DNA of 64,000 nucleotides from an uncultured Eubacteriales bacterium. GTDB lineage: Bacteria > Acidobacteriota > Aminicenantia > Aminicenantales > Saccharicenantaceae. The stretch spans positions 45,762 through 109,761 of the forward strand of contig CAZKFD010000004.1 of the NCBI GenBank assembly GCA_964551995.1. Direction: 5' to 3'. This document shows, piece by piece, positions 8,310-17,884 of this stretch. Positions within the stretch are counted from its first letter, which is position 1. Each line of letters starts with the position of its first letter. The position numbers were made by a program, and so were the translations under genes. The notes beneath the pieces were generated by a model. It saw nothing but the letters and a program-made list of their open reading frames with translations, was not told the origin of the DNA and ran no database searches.

Positions 8310-9779
8310 ATGATCAAGACAAAGAGACCGAAAGTCGAGTTTCTGAGCCCCCGTCTCGTCGACAAGATCGTCGACGAGGGGCTGGCCTTGCTCGAAACGC
8401 AAGGGATTTTCGTCGAAAACAGGGAGGCATTGGAGCTCCTGACCGGCGCCGGGGCCCGCGCAGATGCCGCCTCTCAGCACGTCTGGATCGGCCCGGGGCT
8501 CGTCCGCGACTGCCTGGCCACCACGCCTTCTTCCGTGACCATGTACGACCGGAGCGGTGGCGCGGCTTACCGCGTTGGCGGCGACGAGGTCCACTTCGAT
8601 CCCGGCTCGGCGGCCGTCACCCTCCTCGACCACGACACGCAGGAGCAGAGAAAGGCGGGCACCCACGACCTCCTCGAATTCTATCGGGTCGTCGAGACGC
8701 TGGAACATGTCCATTTCCAGAGCACCGGGCTCATCAGCTCGGACGTTCCGCCGGCCGTTGCGGACTGCTACCGGCTCTATCTGGGGCTGCTCGCCTCCGT
8801 CAAACCGTTCGTCACGGGGACTTTCCGCGTCGAAGGCTTCCAGCCCATGAAAGACTTCCTGGTTGCCGTCCGCGGGAGCGATGAGGAGCTGGCCCGCAAG
8901 CCCCTGGCCATTTTTGACGCCTGCCCCTCCCCTCCCCTCAAGTGGAGCAACCTGACGGCGCAGAGCCTGATCGACTCCGCCCGCGCGGGTATCCCCTCCG
9001 AGCTCATCTCGATGGGGATGACCGGTGCGACCTCGCTCGTCACGATCGCCGGCACCCTCGTCCAGCACGTGGCCGAGAACCTCTGCGGTCTGGTCATCTG
9101 CCAGCTGGCCCGCCGGGGCGCGCCGGTCATCTTCGGCGGTTCCCCCTCGAGCTTCGACATGAAGAAGGGGACGACGCCGATGGGGGCCGTCGAGACCATG
9201 ATGATCGATGCGGCCTACGCCCAGATCGGCAAGCGCCTGAAACTTCCGACCCACGCGTACATGGCGTTGAGCGATTCCAAGATCAACGACGCGCAGAGCG
9301 GCATCGAAACGGCCCTGGGGGCCGCCCTGGCGGCCCTCGCCGGCGTCAACGTCATCTCCGGGCCGGGAATGCTGGATTTCGAGAGCTGCCAGAGCCTCGA
9401 GAAGCTCTGCCTCGACAACGAGATCTGCGGCATGGCCTACCGGCTCGCGGAGGGCATCGCCCAGCGGGATGAGCCCATCGCGCTGGAAGAGTTCAAGAGC
9501 TTCACTCCGGGCGGGTCCTTCCTGACCTCTCCCCACACCCGCCGGTGGTACAGGACCGAGCACACGCGGCCGCGGCTCATGGACCGCGACCGGTATCAGG
9601 ACTGGGTCCTCGCCGGGCGCCGCTCCGCCCTGGACAAAGCCCACCAGGACGTTCGTGAGAGGCTTGCAAAATACAGCCCGCCGCCGCTCTCCGACGGCCT
9701 GCGCCGGGAACTGGAAAAGATCATGAGGACTTACGCCGTGTCCCAGGGAGCCTGGCCCCTTCCGGACTCACAGTTCTAG
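8310..9779 (+). CDS. Trimethylamine methyltransferase (MttB) superfamily protein, non-pyrrolysine
   Basis: SPPLKW, GATSLVTIAGTLVQHVAENL, SDSKINDAQSGIE, AGVNVISGPGMLDF, LEKLCLDNEI. No in-frame TAG; Leu precedes SDSK at the Pyl-equivalent position. Confidence 0.9.
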   Translation: MIKTKRPKVEFLSPRLVDKIVDEGLALLETQGIFVENREALELLTGAGARADAASQHVWIGPGLVRDCLATTPSSVTMYDRSGGAAYRVGGDEVHFDPGSAAVTLLDHDTQEQRKAGTHDLLEFYRVVETLEHVHFQSTGLISSDVPPAVADCYRLYLGLLASVKPFVTGTFRVEGFQPMKDFLVAVRGSDEELARKPLAIFDACPSPPLKWSNLTAQSLIDSARAGIPSELISMGMTGATSLVTIAGTLVQHVAENLCGLVICQLARRGAPVIFGGSPSSFDMKKGTTPMGAVETMMIDAAYAQIGKRLKLPTHAYMALSDSKINDAQSGIETALGAALAALAGVNVISGPGMLDFESCQSLEKLCLDNEICGMAYRLAEGIAQRDEPIALEEFKSFTPGGSFLTSPHTRRWYRTEHTRPRLMDRDRYQDWVLAGRRSALDKAHQDVRERLAKYSPPPLSDGLRRELEKIMRTYAVSQGAWPLPDSQF

Positions 9780-11176
9780 TCCAGGGCTGTGGAGTCGAGG
9801 TATCTCGGGACGTCCACGTCCCATCCCCGTTCACGCCGGACCCTGTCGGCGAACCCCAGGGCCACCTCTTCGTCGCCGTGGGTGACGAACAGCCGGCGGG
9901 GGGGCGTCCGGAACCCGTCCAGCCACCTGGCCAGGGCCTTCCGGTCGGCGTGGGCCGAGAACCGGTTGATCTTGGCCACTTTGGCCTTGACGGGGAGCCA
10001 TTGGCCGTGGATTCTGACCGGGCTCTCCCCTTCCAGGATCTGGCGGCCCAGGGTTTCCCGCGCCTGGTATCCCACGAAAAGGACAGTGGATTCGGGCCGC
10101 GCGATGTTGTAGAGCAGATGGTGCTTGATGCGGCCTCCGGTGCACATCCCGGAGCCGGCCATGATGACCGAGGAGCCCTTGGCGGCGTTGATCGCCTTGG
10201 ATTCCTCGATGTTCTGCACGATGACCAGCCCCGGGAAGTCGAAGGGGTTCTTTCCCTCCCGGAACAGGGCCAGGGCCTCGTCGTCGAGGTCCTCGGGATG
10301 GCGTTCGAAGGCCGCCGTGACCTCACGGGCCATGGGGCTGTCCAGGTAGATGGGCAGCTCCGGGATGACCCCGTTCCGGACGAGACGGCTAAAATGGAAC
10401 ATGAGCTCCTGGGCCCGTTCGATGGCGAAGGTGGGGATGAGGACGTTTCCCCCGGAACGGACAGCGGCCCGCACGGTCTCCGCGAGGATCTCGCCGATCT
10501 CCTTGGGGTCCTCGTGGTCCCGGTCCCCGTATGTCGATTCCATCACGACGTAGTCGGCCCGATCGAAGAGCGAGGGGTCGCGGAGGAAGGGCTTGTCCCA
10601 TTGGCCGATGTCGCCGGAAAAAACGATGGTCCGCGGGCTCCCGTTCTCCCGGGCGGTGATTTCGACCATGGCCGAGCCGAGGATGTGGCCGGCGTCCCAG
10701 AAGCGGGCCGTCAGGGCGTCGCCCAGGGGAATCGTGTGCCCGTAGGCGGCCTCCTCGACGAGGGGCATCGTCCTCTGAACGTCCTGCACCGTGTACAGCG
10801 GGATCTCCGGATGAGCCCCCTGGCGGCCTTCCTTCCTGTGGCGCTTGGCCTTGTAGGCAGTGTCTTCTTCCTGGATCCGGGCCGCGTCCATGAGGGCGAT
10901 CGAAACGAGGTCGGCCGTTCCGGCGGTCGTGAGGACCGTCCCCGAGAAGCTCTCATGGACGATCTTGGGAATGAGCCCCGAGTGGTCCAGGTGGGCGTGC
11001 GTCAGGAGAATGACGTCGATATCGCCCGTCGGGACGGGAAACGGGCCCCAGTTCCGCTCAAGGAAGGGGCGCTCCTGGAACAGTCCGCAGTCGACGAGGA
11101 CCTTCATCCCGCCGGCCTCGAAGAAATAGCACGATCCGGTCACCTGTCTCGCGGCCCCGCAGAACGTGATGTTCAT
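9776..11176 (-). CDS. MBL-fold/beta-CASP ribonuclease (Ysh1/TTHA0252-like)
   Basis: VTGSC, DCGLFQ, THAHLDHSG, AGHILGS, MESTYGDR, AGSGMCTGGRI, FSAHAD, THG. Confidence 0.9.
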   Translation of the reverse strand: MNITFCGAARQVTGSCYFFEAGGMKVLVDCGLFQERPFLERNWGPFPVPTGDIDVILLTHAHLDHSGLIPKIVHESFSGTVLTTAGTADLVSIALMDAARIQEEDTAYKAKRHRKEGRQGAHPEIPLYTVQDVQRTMPLVEEAAYGHTIPLGDALTARFWDAGHILGSAMVEITARENGSPRTIVFSGDIGQWDKPFLRDPSLFDRADYVVMESTYGDRDHEDPKEIGEILAETVRAAVRSGGNVLIPTFAIERAQELMFHFSRLVRNGVIPELPIYLDSPMAREVTAAFERHPEDLDDEALALFREGKNPFDFPGLVIVQNIEESKAINAAKGSSVIMAGSGMCTGGRIKHHLLYNIARPESTVLFVGYQARETLGRQILEGESPVRIHGQWLPVKAKVAKINRFSAHADRKALARWLDGFRTPPRRLFVTHGDEEVALGFADRVRRERGWDVDVPRYLDSTALD

Positions 11177-11276
11177 GCCTGCACCTCGCTCAAGCGTCGG
11201 CTCGAAAACCCAACGGCCGCGGCGGGGATGCCTCCGCCGTCACAGTCCGGATAAAACCCGCGTATGCCCGGGACCA

Positions 11277-11729
11277 TTAGCCCTTCAGCCAGTTCTCCCA
11301 GGCCGCGCGCCGGGGAAAATACATGAAGACGAGGACGATGGAGACGAAGAGGAGGATATAAAGATCGATATACAAGCCCGCGAGGAGGAAGAGGCCGAGC
11401 CCCAGGATCGCCGGCACCTCTCCCAGCACGGTCGTCACGAGGGAAACCCTCTGGAGCCTGTGGAGCGCGGTCTTGAGAACCGCGCCCGGCGGCTCTTTGA
11501 GGAGGATGTGCCTGAGGACCCGGATCAGGATGACGGCCGCCACCGCCGCCCCGAAGAAGATGTAGCGCAGCCGCTGGACGTCGGTCACCGCGGCGAAGCC
11601 GTGAAACGGCCTCAGGCGGGCCCGGATGAACTCGGCGACGGCCAGGCAAATGAAGAGGCTGATGATCGTCGAAATGCCGACCAGCGAGACCGTCCTGAAG
11701 GCCCCTCTGATTTCATCCTGGACATCCAT
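11277..11729 (-). CDS. Hypothetical membrane protein (about 4 TM)
   Basis: ATG at 11729 after an AAGGAGG RBS; four hydrophobic stretches. Confidence 0.65.
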   Translation of the reverse strand: MDVQDEIRGAFRTVSLVGISTIISLFICLAVAEFIRARLRPFHGFAAVTDVQRLRYIFFGAAVAAVILIRVLRHILLKEPPGAVLKTALHRLQRVSLVTTVLGEVPAILGLGLFLLAGLYIDLYILLFVSIVLVFMYFPRRAAWENWLKG

Positions 11730-11885
11730 CTCGGCCTCCTTGACGAAAATGGCGGACCGGGTCGCGGGAGCCTCGCCCGTCCGGACGATTATATTTGAAA
11801 CTGAGCGCCGGGGCAATTGTCCCCGCGCCCTCGAAAGCCTATACTATCGGCGACATCCGACGGCCCGTGCCGGCGAGGTTGGCCC

Positions 11886-13250
11886 ATGACAAAAAGATTT
11901 TTTCCGGCATTCATGACGGTCCTGATCCTGGCTCCGTTCGTCTTCACGAGCTGCGCCAAAAACCCTGATCGTCAGACGGACCTGGCCAAGGCCCGCCGTT
12001 TCCTGGCGTGCCTCGAAGCGGGCGATTTCGAGCGTGCGGTCCGGGACTTCGACGAGACCATGCTCAAGGTTTCGGGCCCCGAGAAGCTGGCGACGTTCTG
12101 GAAAAAGCAGCTTCCGAACGAGCTCGGGGCCTTCAAGAAGGAGACGGGTTCGAGGCAGGAGAAGTCCGGAAATTACGAATTTATCTACCTCACCTGCGAA
12201 TTCGAAAAAAAGGCGCTGGACCTGAGGGTCGTCTTCGACATGGGCGGGCGGATCGCCGGCTTCCAGCTCGTGCCCGCCGGCCCCGTCAAGTATGCGCCTC
12301 CGGCCTACGCCGACCCGTCGGCATTCGAGGAGACCGAAGTCAGGGTGGGGGCCGGCGAATGGAAGCTTCCGGGCACACTGACAAAACCCAAGGGGCCGGG
12401 CCCCTTCCCGGGCCTGGTTCTCGTCCACGGCTCGGGGCCCAACGACAGGGACGAGACACTGGGCCCCAACAAGCCGTTCAAGGACCTGGCCTGGGGCCTC
12501 GCCAGCCGGGGGATCGCCGTTATCCGCTACGACAAGCGGAGCAAGGTTTATCGGGAGAAGATCATCGCCGATCCCAAAGTCGAGGCCTCCATGACGGTCA
12601 AGGATGAGACTATCGACGACGCCCTGGCGGCCGCGGCCCTCCTCCAGAAGACTCCTGAGATCGACGCCTCGCGGGTCTTCATCCTGGGGCACAGTCTCGG
12701 CGGCTATCTCATGCCCCGCATCGCCGTAGCAGCGAAGCCCCTCGGCATTGCGGGTTTCATCATGATGGCCGGCCTGACCCGGCCGCTCGCGGACACGATG
12801 CTGCGCCAGATGAACTATATCTACGGCCTGAACCCCGGCGCAGTGACGGAAGAGGACACGAAGAAGCTCGAGAGGATCGGGGAGACCGTCGAGAAGATCA
12901 AGGCCCTCAAGGACGCCGACCGCTCCTCCACCGTCAGGCTCCTCGGCGCAATGCCCGCCTACTGGCTTGACCTCAGGGGCTACGATCCGACGGAGCTCGC
13001 CCGGTCGGTCGGCAAGCCCATGTTGATCCTCCAGGGTGGACGCGATTATCAGGTGACGACGGCAGATTTAGAAAACTGGAAAAAGTCCCTCGGGACGCGG
13101 ACAAACGTCGAATTCCACCTCTATCCCCAGCTCAACCATTTTTTCTTCGAAGGGCAGGGTCCCATCACTCCGGATGAGTACATGCTGGTCCAGGGCAGCG
13201 TGGCCCCGTACGTCATCGACGATATCGCGGCCTGGATCAAAAAATACTGA
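11886..13250 (+). CDS. Lipoprotein with DUF3887-like domain and alpha/beta hydrolase
   Basis: Signal peptide with lipobox-like FTSC; LVHGSGPNDRDE, IRYDKR, GHSLGG nucleophile, QGGRDYQV, LNH. Confidence 0.85.
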   Translation: MTKRFFPAFMTVLILAPFVFTSCAKNPDRQTDLAKARRFLACLEAGDFERAVRDFDETMLKVSGPEKLATFWKKQLPNELGAFKKETGSRQEKSGNYEFIYLTCEFEKKALDLRVVFDMGGRIAGFQLVPAGPVKYAPPAYADPSAFEETEVRVGAGEWKLPGTLTKPKGPGPFPGLVLVHGSGPNDRDETLGPNKPFKDLAWGLASRGIAVIRYDKRSKVYREKIIADPKVEASMTVKDETIDDALAAAALLQKTPEIDASRVFILGHSLGGYLMPRIAVAAKPLGIAGFIMMAGLTRPLADTMLRQMNYIYGLNPGAVTEEDTKKLERIGETVEKIKALKDADRSSTVRLLGAMPAYWLDLRGYDPTELARSVGKPMLILQGGRDYQVTTADLENWKKSLGTRTNVEFHLYPQLNHFFFEGQGPITPDEYMLVQGSVAPYVIDDIAAWIKKY

Positions 13251-13275
13251 ACAGAAGCCTTTTTCCCGGGAGTCT

Positions 13276-14442
13276 CTAGTCGACGTAGAGCAGGAGCCCT
13301 TTGAGGTATTCCGTCTCGGGGTGGAAAATGTTGACCGGGTGGTCCGGAGCCTGGCGGTGCCTCTGGAGGATGCGCACGCGCCGGCCCGCCTCCCCCGCCG
13401 CCTGGAAAACCACCTGCTGAAAGAGCTTCTCGTCAACGAAATGCGAGCAGGAGAAGGTCAGAACGAACCCCTGCGGGCCGACCTTCTGGAGGGCCAGACG
13501 GTTGATGTCCTTATAGCCGCGGCAGGCCTGGACGACATCCGACCTTCTCTTGGCGAAGGCCGGCGGGTCGAGGATAATGAAATCGTAATCGGCGTCGGTT
13601 TCCCGGAGGAAATGAAAAACGTCCGCGGTGAAGAAGACGCCCGAGTCTGCCGACAGGCCGTTCGCCTCGAAGTTGTCCTGGGCCAGCTCGATGGCACTCG
13701 CGGAGGAATCCACGGAATCCGCCCGCTCGGCCCCTCCCTTGAGGGCGTACACCGAGAACGCGCCGGTGTAAGCGAAGGCGTTGAGGACGCGCCGGCCGCG
13801 GCCGAGGTCCCGGACGAGCTTCCTCATCTCCCGCTGGTCCAGATAGAACCCGGTTTTTTGTGAATGGACGATGTCCACCGAGAACGTCAGGCTTTCCTCC
13901 AGAATCTTAAGCGTGCCGGGCGTTTCTCCGAGGAGCGCCCCTTCGAATGACTCCAGACCCTCCTCGCGTCGGGCCGGCAGGTCGGATTTTTCGAAGACCG
14001 CCCTCGGCTTGACCCGGGAGACCAGAAGGTCGAGGAGGAGCGGCTTCAGCTTCTCCATCCCCAACGTCGCGATCTGAAGCACGAGGATATCTCCGTAGAG
14101 GTCGGCGACGAGTCCCGGGAGCCGGTCTCCCTCGGCGTTGATCAGGCGAAAGGCGTTCGTCACGGCGGTGTCGAAGAGCCGACTCCTGAGGCGAAGCGCC
14201 TGATCGACGCTCTCCCGGAGCGCGTCTTCGGGCGCCGTTTTACCGAAGCTCACCATCCGGCCGATGATCGCCGAACGCCGGTTGAAATAAGCGTAGCCCA
14301 GGATGTCCCCGCCGGCGCTCATGACGGGGAGAAGTTCTCCGTTTTCGAAATCGGGCATGGTCTCGACGGCGCCGGAGAAAATCCAGTGGTGCCGGTTCCG
14401 GACGGCCCTGTCCCTGCCCGGCTTGAGGACGACGCTGTCCAT
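13276..14442 (-). CDS. rlmI: 23S rRNA m5C1962-type methyltransferase (RlmI family)
   Basis: PUA-like HHWIFSG, RLINAEGDRLPGL, QKTGFYLDQR, FAYTGAFS, ILDPPAFAK, TEYLKG. Confidence 0.85.
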   Translation of the reverse strand: MDSVVLKPGRDRAVRNRHHWIFSGAVETMPDFENGELLPVMSAGGDILGYAYFNRRSAIIGRMVSFGKTAPEDALRESVDQALRLRSRLFDTAVTNAFRLINAEGDRLPGLVADLYGDILVLQIATLGMEKLKPLLLDLLVSRVKPRAVFEKSDLPARREEGLESFEGALLGETPGTLKILEESLTFSVDIVHSQKTGFYLDQREMRKLVRDLGRGRRVLNAFAYTGAFSVYALKGGAERADSVDSSASAIELAQDNFEANGLSADSGVFFTADVFHFLRETDADYDFIILDPPAFAKRRSDVVQACRGYKDINRLALQKVGPQGFVLTFSCSHFVDEKLFQQVVFQAAGEAGRRVRILQRHRQAPDHPVNIFHPETEYLKGLLLYVD

Positions 14443-14458
14443 GCTCATCCTTCGAGCG

Positions 14459-14905
14459 TCACCGGACGGCCGCGCCCGGGCCGGGGTTTCGGGCGAGGGT
14501 CCGCAGAAACCGGACGACGGGGCGGTCGGGCGGGCTAAAGAAGGATTCGTCCGCGCCGGCGGGGTCCACCCAGCGGAGTTCATCGTGGTCGACTGGCCGG
14601 AACTCGCCGGAGACCAGGTGGACCCTGTAGACGAGGAGCTCGATGGCGAGCGATGGGCCCCGGTGCGGGACAGAGAGAAGGAATTCGACGGCCCGGGTCC
14701 GCACTCCGAATTCCTCGCCGAGCTCGCGCTCGAGCCCCTCCTCCGGGGTTTCCCCGTCCTCGAGCTTTCCGCCCGGGAATTCCCAGAGTCCGCCGAAGCG
14801 GATCCCTTTACGCCGCCGGGCGGCAAGGACTTTTCCGTCCCTCTCGATGACCGCCGCCACGACCTTGCGGAGCGGCGTCGCGGGCCGAAACCCTTTCACG
14901 GTCAT
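14459..14905 (-). CDS. NUDIX hydrolase, MutT/NudG-like
   Basis: Nudix box WEFPGGKLEDGETPEEGLERELGEEFG. Confidence 0.88.
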   Translation of the reverse strand: MTVKGFRPATPLRKVVAAVIERDGKVLAARRRKGIRFGGLWEFPGGKLEDGETPEEGLERELGEEFGVRTRAVEFLLSVPHRGPSLAIELLVYRVHLVSGEFRPVDHDELRWVDPAGADESFFSPPDRPVVRFLRTLARNPGPGAAVR

Positions 14906-14918
14906 GTTTCTCCCTGCC

Positions 14919-14947
14919 ATCTTATGCCAACCGCCCCCGGTTGACAA
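14919..14947 (-). promoter_or_regulatory. Putative sigma70 promoter for the nudix-rlmI unit (TTGTCA-17-TAAGAT)
   Basis: Hexamers at 17-bp spacing, followed by a GGGAG RBS and ATG. Confidence 0.4.
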
Positions 14948-15029
14948 GCGCGCCGGGCTCGGCGCCGGCGCTCCTGTTGCGTGGGCCTTCTCCGATGCCG
15001 CGGTCCGGATGTGCTAGAATAGACGAATC

Positions 15030-16484
15030 ATGAAAATCGCATTCCTCGTTTCCGAAGCCACTCCGTTCGCCAAGACCGGCGGGCTGGCGGACGTCGCTGG
15101 CGCGCTGCCGAAATTCCTGTCCCACCTCGGTGTCGATGTCCGTGTTTTCCTGCCGTTCTACAGGGAGGTCCGGACGAAGGACCTGCCCCTTAGGACCGCC
15201 GTCGGCGGGGCGTCCCTCGAAATGGCCGAGGCCCGCGTCGCCTTCTCCGTGCTCGAGCACCGGACCGACGGCCTCTCCGTGTATTTCATCGCCCAGGATG
15301 GTTTTTATGACCGCGAGCATCTCTACGGCTCGCCTGCGGGCGACTATCCGGACAACGGAGAGAGGTTCGCCTTCTTCGCCCGGGCGTCCCTGGAGGCCAT
15401 GAAAGCCCTTGGCTTTTCTCCCGACATTATCCACGGCCACGATTGGCAGGCCGCTTCGGCCTTCGCTTTCCTGAGATTCCTCTACGGGTCGGACCCCTTT
15501 TTCCGCGACACGAGGTCTCTCTTCACCATCCACAACCTCGCCTACCAGGGCCTTTTCGGGCCGGAGGTCCTGGCCGCCGTCGGCTTGCCCGAGCGTCTGT
15601 TCAACATGAACGACCTCGAGTTCTACGGCAAGGTCAATTACCTGAAGGCCGGAATCCTTTACGCCACGGCCGTAAGCACCGTGAGCCCGCGCTACAGCCG
15701 CGAGATCCAGACGGCCGAATTCGGCTGCGGGCTGGACGGGCTGCTCCGGACGAGGTCGGAGGCCCTTTCCGGGATCCTCAACGGCGTCGATTACGCCGAC
15801 TGGGACCCGGCGACCGACCCCCTCATCCCGGCCAACTTCTCTGCGGCGCGTCTCAACGGGAAGGCCCGGTGCCGCGCCGGACTGCTCTCCGCTTTCGGGC
15901 TGGAGGAGGCACCGGACATGCCGGTCGCGGGGATGGTCACCCGGTTGGCCGGGCAGAAGGGTGTCGACATCGTCTGCGACGCCCTGGAGGGGATCTTCGG
16001 GCTCGGCTTCGCGGTCGTCATCCTCGGGACCGGAGACGAAAAGATCCAAGACTTCCTGAAAGCGGCCAAGAAGGCCCACCCCCGCCGGCTCGGCCTTCGG
16101 ATCGCCTTCGACGAACGGCTGGCGCACACGATCTACGCCGGGAGCGACCTCTTTCTCATCCCCTCGCGCTACGAGCCGTGCGGCCTCACCCAGATGTACG
16201 CCCTGAAGTACGGCACCGTCCCGGTCGTCCGGGCGACCGGCGGGCTCGACGACACGATCCTGGAGTTCGACCCCGTGCTCGGTACGGGAAACGGCTTCAA
16301 GTTCGGGAAGGCTTCTCCCGCCGAGCTGCTGTCGGCTCTGCGGCGCGCCCGGGACGCCCACTCCCGCCCGGACCTGCGGAGCACGCTCCGTCTCAACGGG
16401 ATGGCCGCAAACTTCAGCTGGAACCGGTCGGCGGGCGAGTATCTGACCCTCTACCGGAAACTCCGGGCGGAGCGGCAGGCTTAG
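15030..16484 (+). CDS. glgA: Glycogen synthase (GT5)
   Basis: KTGGLADV, HGHDWQ, FTIHNLAYQG, GILNGVDY, PSRYEPCGLTQ, TGGLDDT. Confidence 0.96.
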   Translation: MKIAFLVSEATPFAKTGGLADVAGALPKFLSHLGVDVRVFLPFYREVRTKDLPLRTAVGGASLEMAEARVAFSVLEHRTDGLSVYFIAQDGFYDREHLYGSPAGDYPDNGERFAFFARASLEAMKALGFSPDIIHGHDWQAASAFAFLRFLYGSDPFFRDTRSLFTIHNLAYQGLFGPEVLAAVGLPERLFNMNDLEFYGKVNYLKAGILYATAVSTVSPRYSREIQTAEFGCGLDGLLRTRSEALSGILNGVDYADWDPATDPLIPANFSAARLNGKARCRAGLLSAFGLEEAPDMPVAGMVTRLAGQKGVDIVCDALEGIFGLGFAVVILGTGDEKIQDFLKAAKKAHPRRLGLRIAFDERLAHTIYAGSDLFLIPSRYEPCGLTQMYALKYGTVPVVRATGGLDDTILEFDPVLGTGNGFKFGKASPAELLSALRRARDAHSRPDLRSTLRLNGMAANFSWNRSAGEYLTLYRKLRAERQA

Positions 16485-16502
16485 ACCCTGAGCGCGCGGC
16501 CC

Positions 16503-17531
16503 CTATTTTTTCCTTAGGAACCCCGCCGCCGTTTCCGGCGGGACCGGGTTGATATAATATCCCGTCCCCCACTCGAACCCGGCGACCTTCGTCAGGATCG
16601 GGAAGATCTCGAAGTGCCAGTGATAGTGCCGGTCGATGTCGGGCCATCTCTTCCTTGCCAGGACCGGATTCGGCGACTTGTGGAGAACGAGGTTATAGGC
16701 TGGATCCGAGAGCGTTTCCTTGAGCTTAATCAGGGTTGTTTTGAGCGTCAGGGCCAGGGATCCGAGTTCCTCTTCGTTGAGGTCGGCGAAAAACGGAGAA
16801 TGGCGAAGCGGAAAGATCGTCACCTCGAAGGGGAAGCGCGAGGCATAAGGCGCGATGACGACGAAGTGCCGGTTCAGGTGGACGACCCTCTCCCCCGACT
16901 CCCGCTCTTCCCGGATGATCCGGCAGAAGACGCACTTCTTGAAACTTCGGAACAGGCGTCGGGCGCCGTAGATCTCCTCCTCGATGCGCTTAGGCACGAT
17001 CGGCGTGGCCACGATCTGGGTGTGCGGATGACTGAGGGAGGCGCCGGCCTCTTTCCCCTTGTTCTTGAAGACCTGGACGTATTGATAGTGGAGCTCCTCC
17101 TCGATGGTTTTGATCCTCTGCGCGAAGACCCCGAGAATGTCCCGGACGTGGCCCACGGGGAGGTCGGCGAGCTCCTGGCCGTGCTCGGGGTTCTCGATGA
17201 TGACCTCATGGACCCCGACCCCCTCCATCCATTCGAAGATGCCGCCCCGTGTGTGCAGGGAGGCCTGAGTCCCCCGGTTGAGGGCGGGAAACTTGTTGGG
17301 CACGACGCGCACCCTCCAGCCCGGCGAATCCGCAGGCGTGCCGTCGTCCCTGAGGGCGAAGACCTCGGGCGGAGTCTTGCCTTCGTTCCCCCGGCAGAAC
17401 GGACAAAATCCTGCCGACGCCGGGGCCTCGCCGACGCCCCGCGCCGGCCGGAAATCGTCGGGCCGTTTGCTCCGCTCCGTGGCGATGATCACCCAGCGGC
17501 CGCTGATCGGGTCCTTTCTCAGTTCCGACAT
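16503..17531 (-). CDS. galT: GalT-family (HIT) hexose-1-phosphate nucleotidyltransferase
   Basis: ELRKDP..RWVII, CPFC, RVVPNKFPAL, GASLSHPHTQ, YHWHFEI, AGFEWGTG. Confidence 0.88.
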   Translation of the reverse strand: MSELRKDPISGRWVIIATERSKRPDDFRPARGVGEAPASAGFCPFCRGNEGKTPPEVFALRDDGTPADSPGWRVRVVPNKFPALNRGTQASLHTRGGIFEWMEGVGVHEVIIENPEHGQELADLPVGHVRDILGVFAQRIKTIEEELHYQYVQVFKNKGKEAGASLSHPHTQIVATPIVPKRIEEEIYGARRLFRSFKKCVFCRIIREERESGERVVHLNRHFVVIAPYASRFPFEVTIFPLRHSPFFADLNEEELGSLALTLKTTLIKLKETLSDPAYNLVLHKSPNPVLARKRWPDIDRHYHWHFEIFPILTKVAGFEWGTGYYINPVPPETAAGFLRKK

Positions 17532-17884
17532 TATCGGCCGATCAGTTCCTTGATCTTAGTCTTGAGCTCGTCCAGCGAGGACGACTTGACCACGTACGCG
17601 TCGGCGGCCCAGGTCATGAAATCCTCTTTGTAGCTCTGGTAGGCCGAGTTGATGATGATGGGGATATCCTTCCGGAGTCCCATGATCTGGGCGATGAGCT
17701 CGACGCCATTTTTCCCCGGCATCCGGATGTCCGTGATGATCAGGTCGAAGGACTTTTTCTTGAGCTCCGCCAGAGCCGCGTCCGCGTCATACGCCGCCGT
17801 GACGGCGTACCCCTCCTTGCCCAGCTCCTCGGCGTAGAGAAGGCAGAGGGTCTTCTCATCTTCGACGACGAGGATCTTCTTCAT
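17531..17884 (-). CDS. Single-domain response regulator (CheY-like)
   Basis: ILVVEDE, DLIITDIRMPGKNG, ADAYVVKS; no output domain. Confidence 0.92.
   Translation of the reverse strand: MKKILVVEDEKTLCLLYAEELGKEGYAVTAAYDADAALAELKKKSFDLIITDIRMPGKNGVELIAQIMGLRKDIPIIINSAYQSYKEDFMTWAADAYVVKSSSLDELKTKIKELIGR

Noticed and set aside
8310-9779. Pyrrolysine recoding in the MttB homologue
   Set aside because: No in-frame TAG, Leu at the equivalent position, and no pyl genes in the window.
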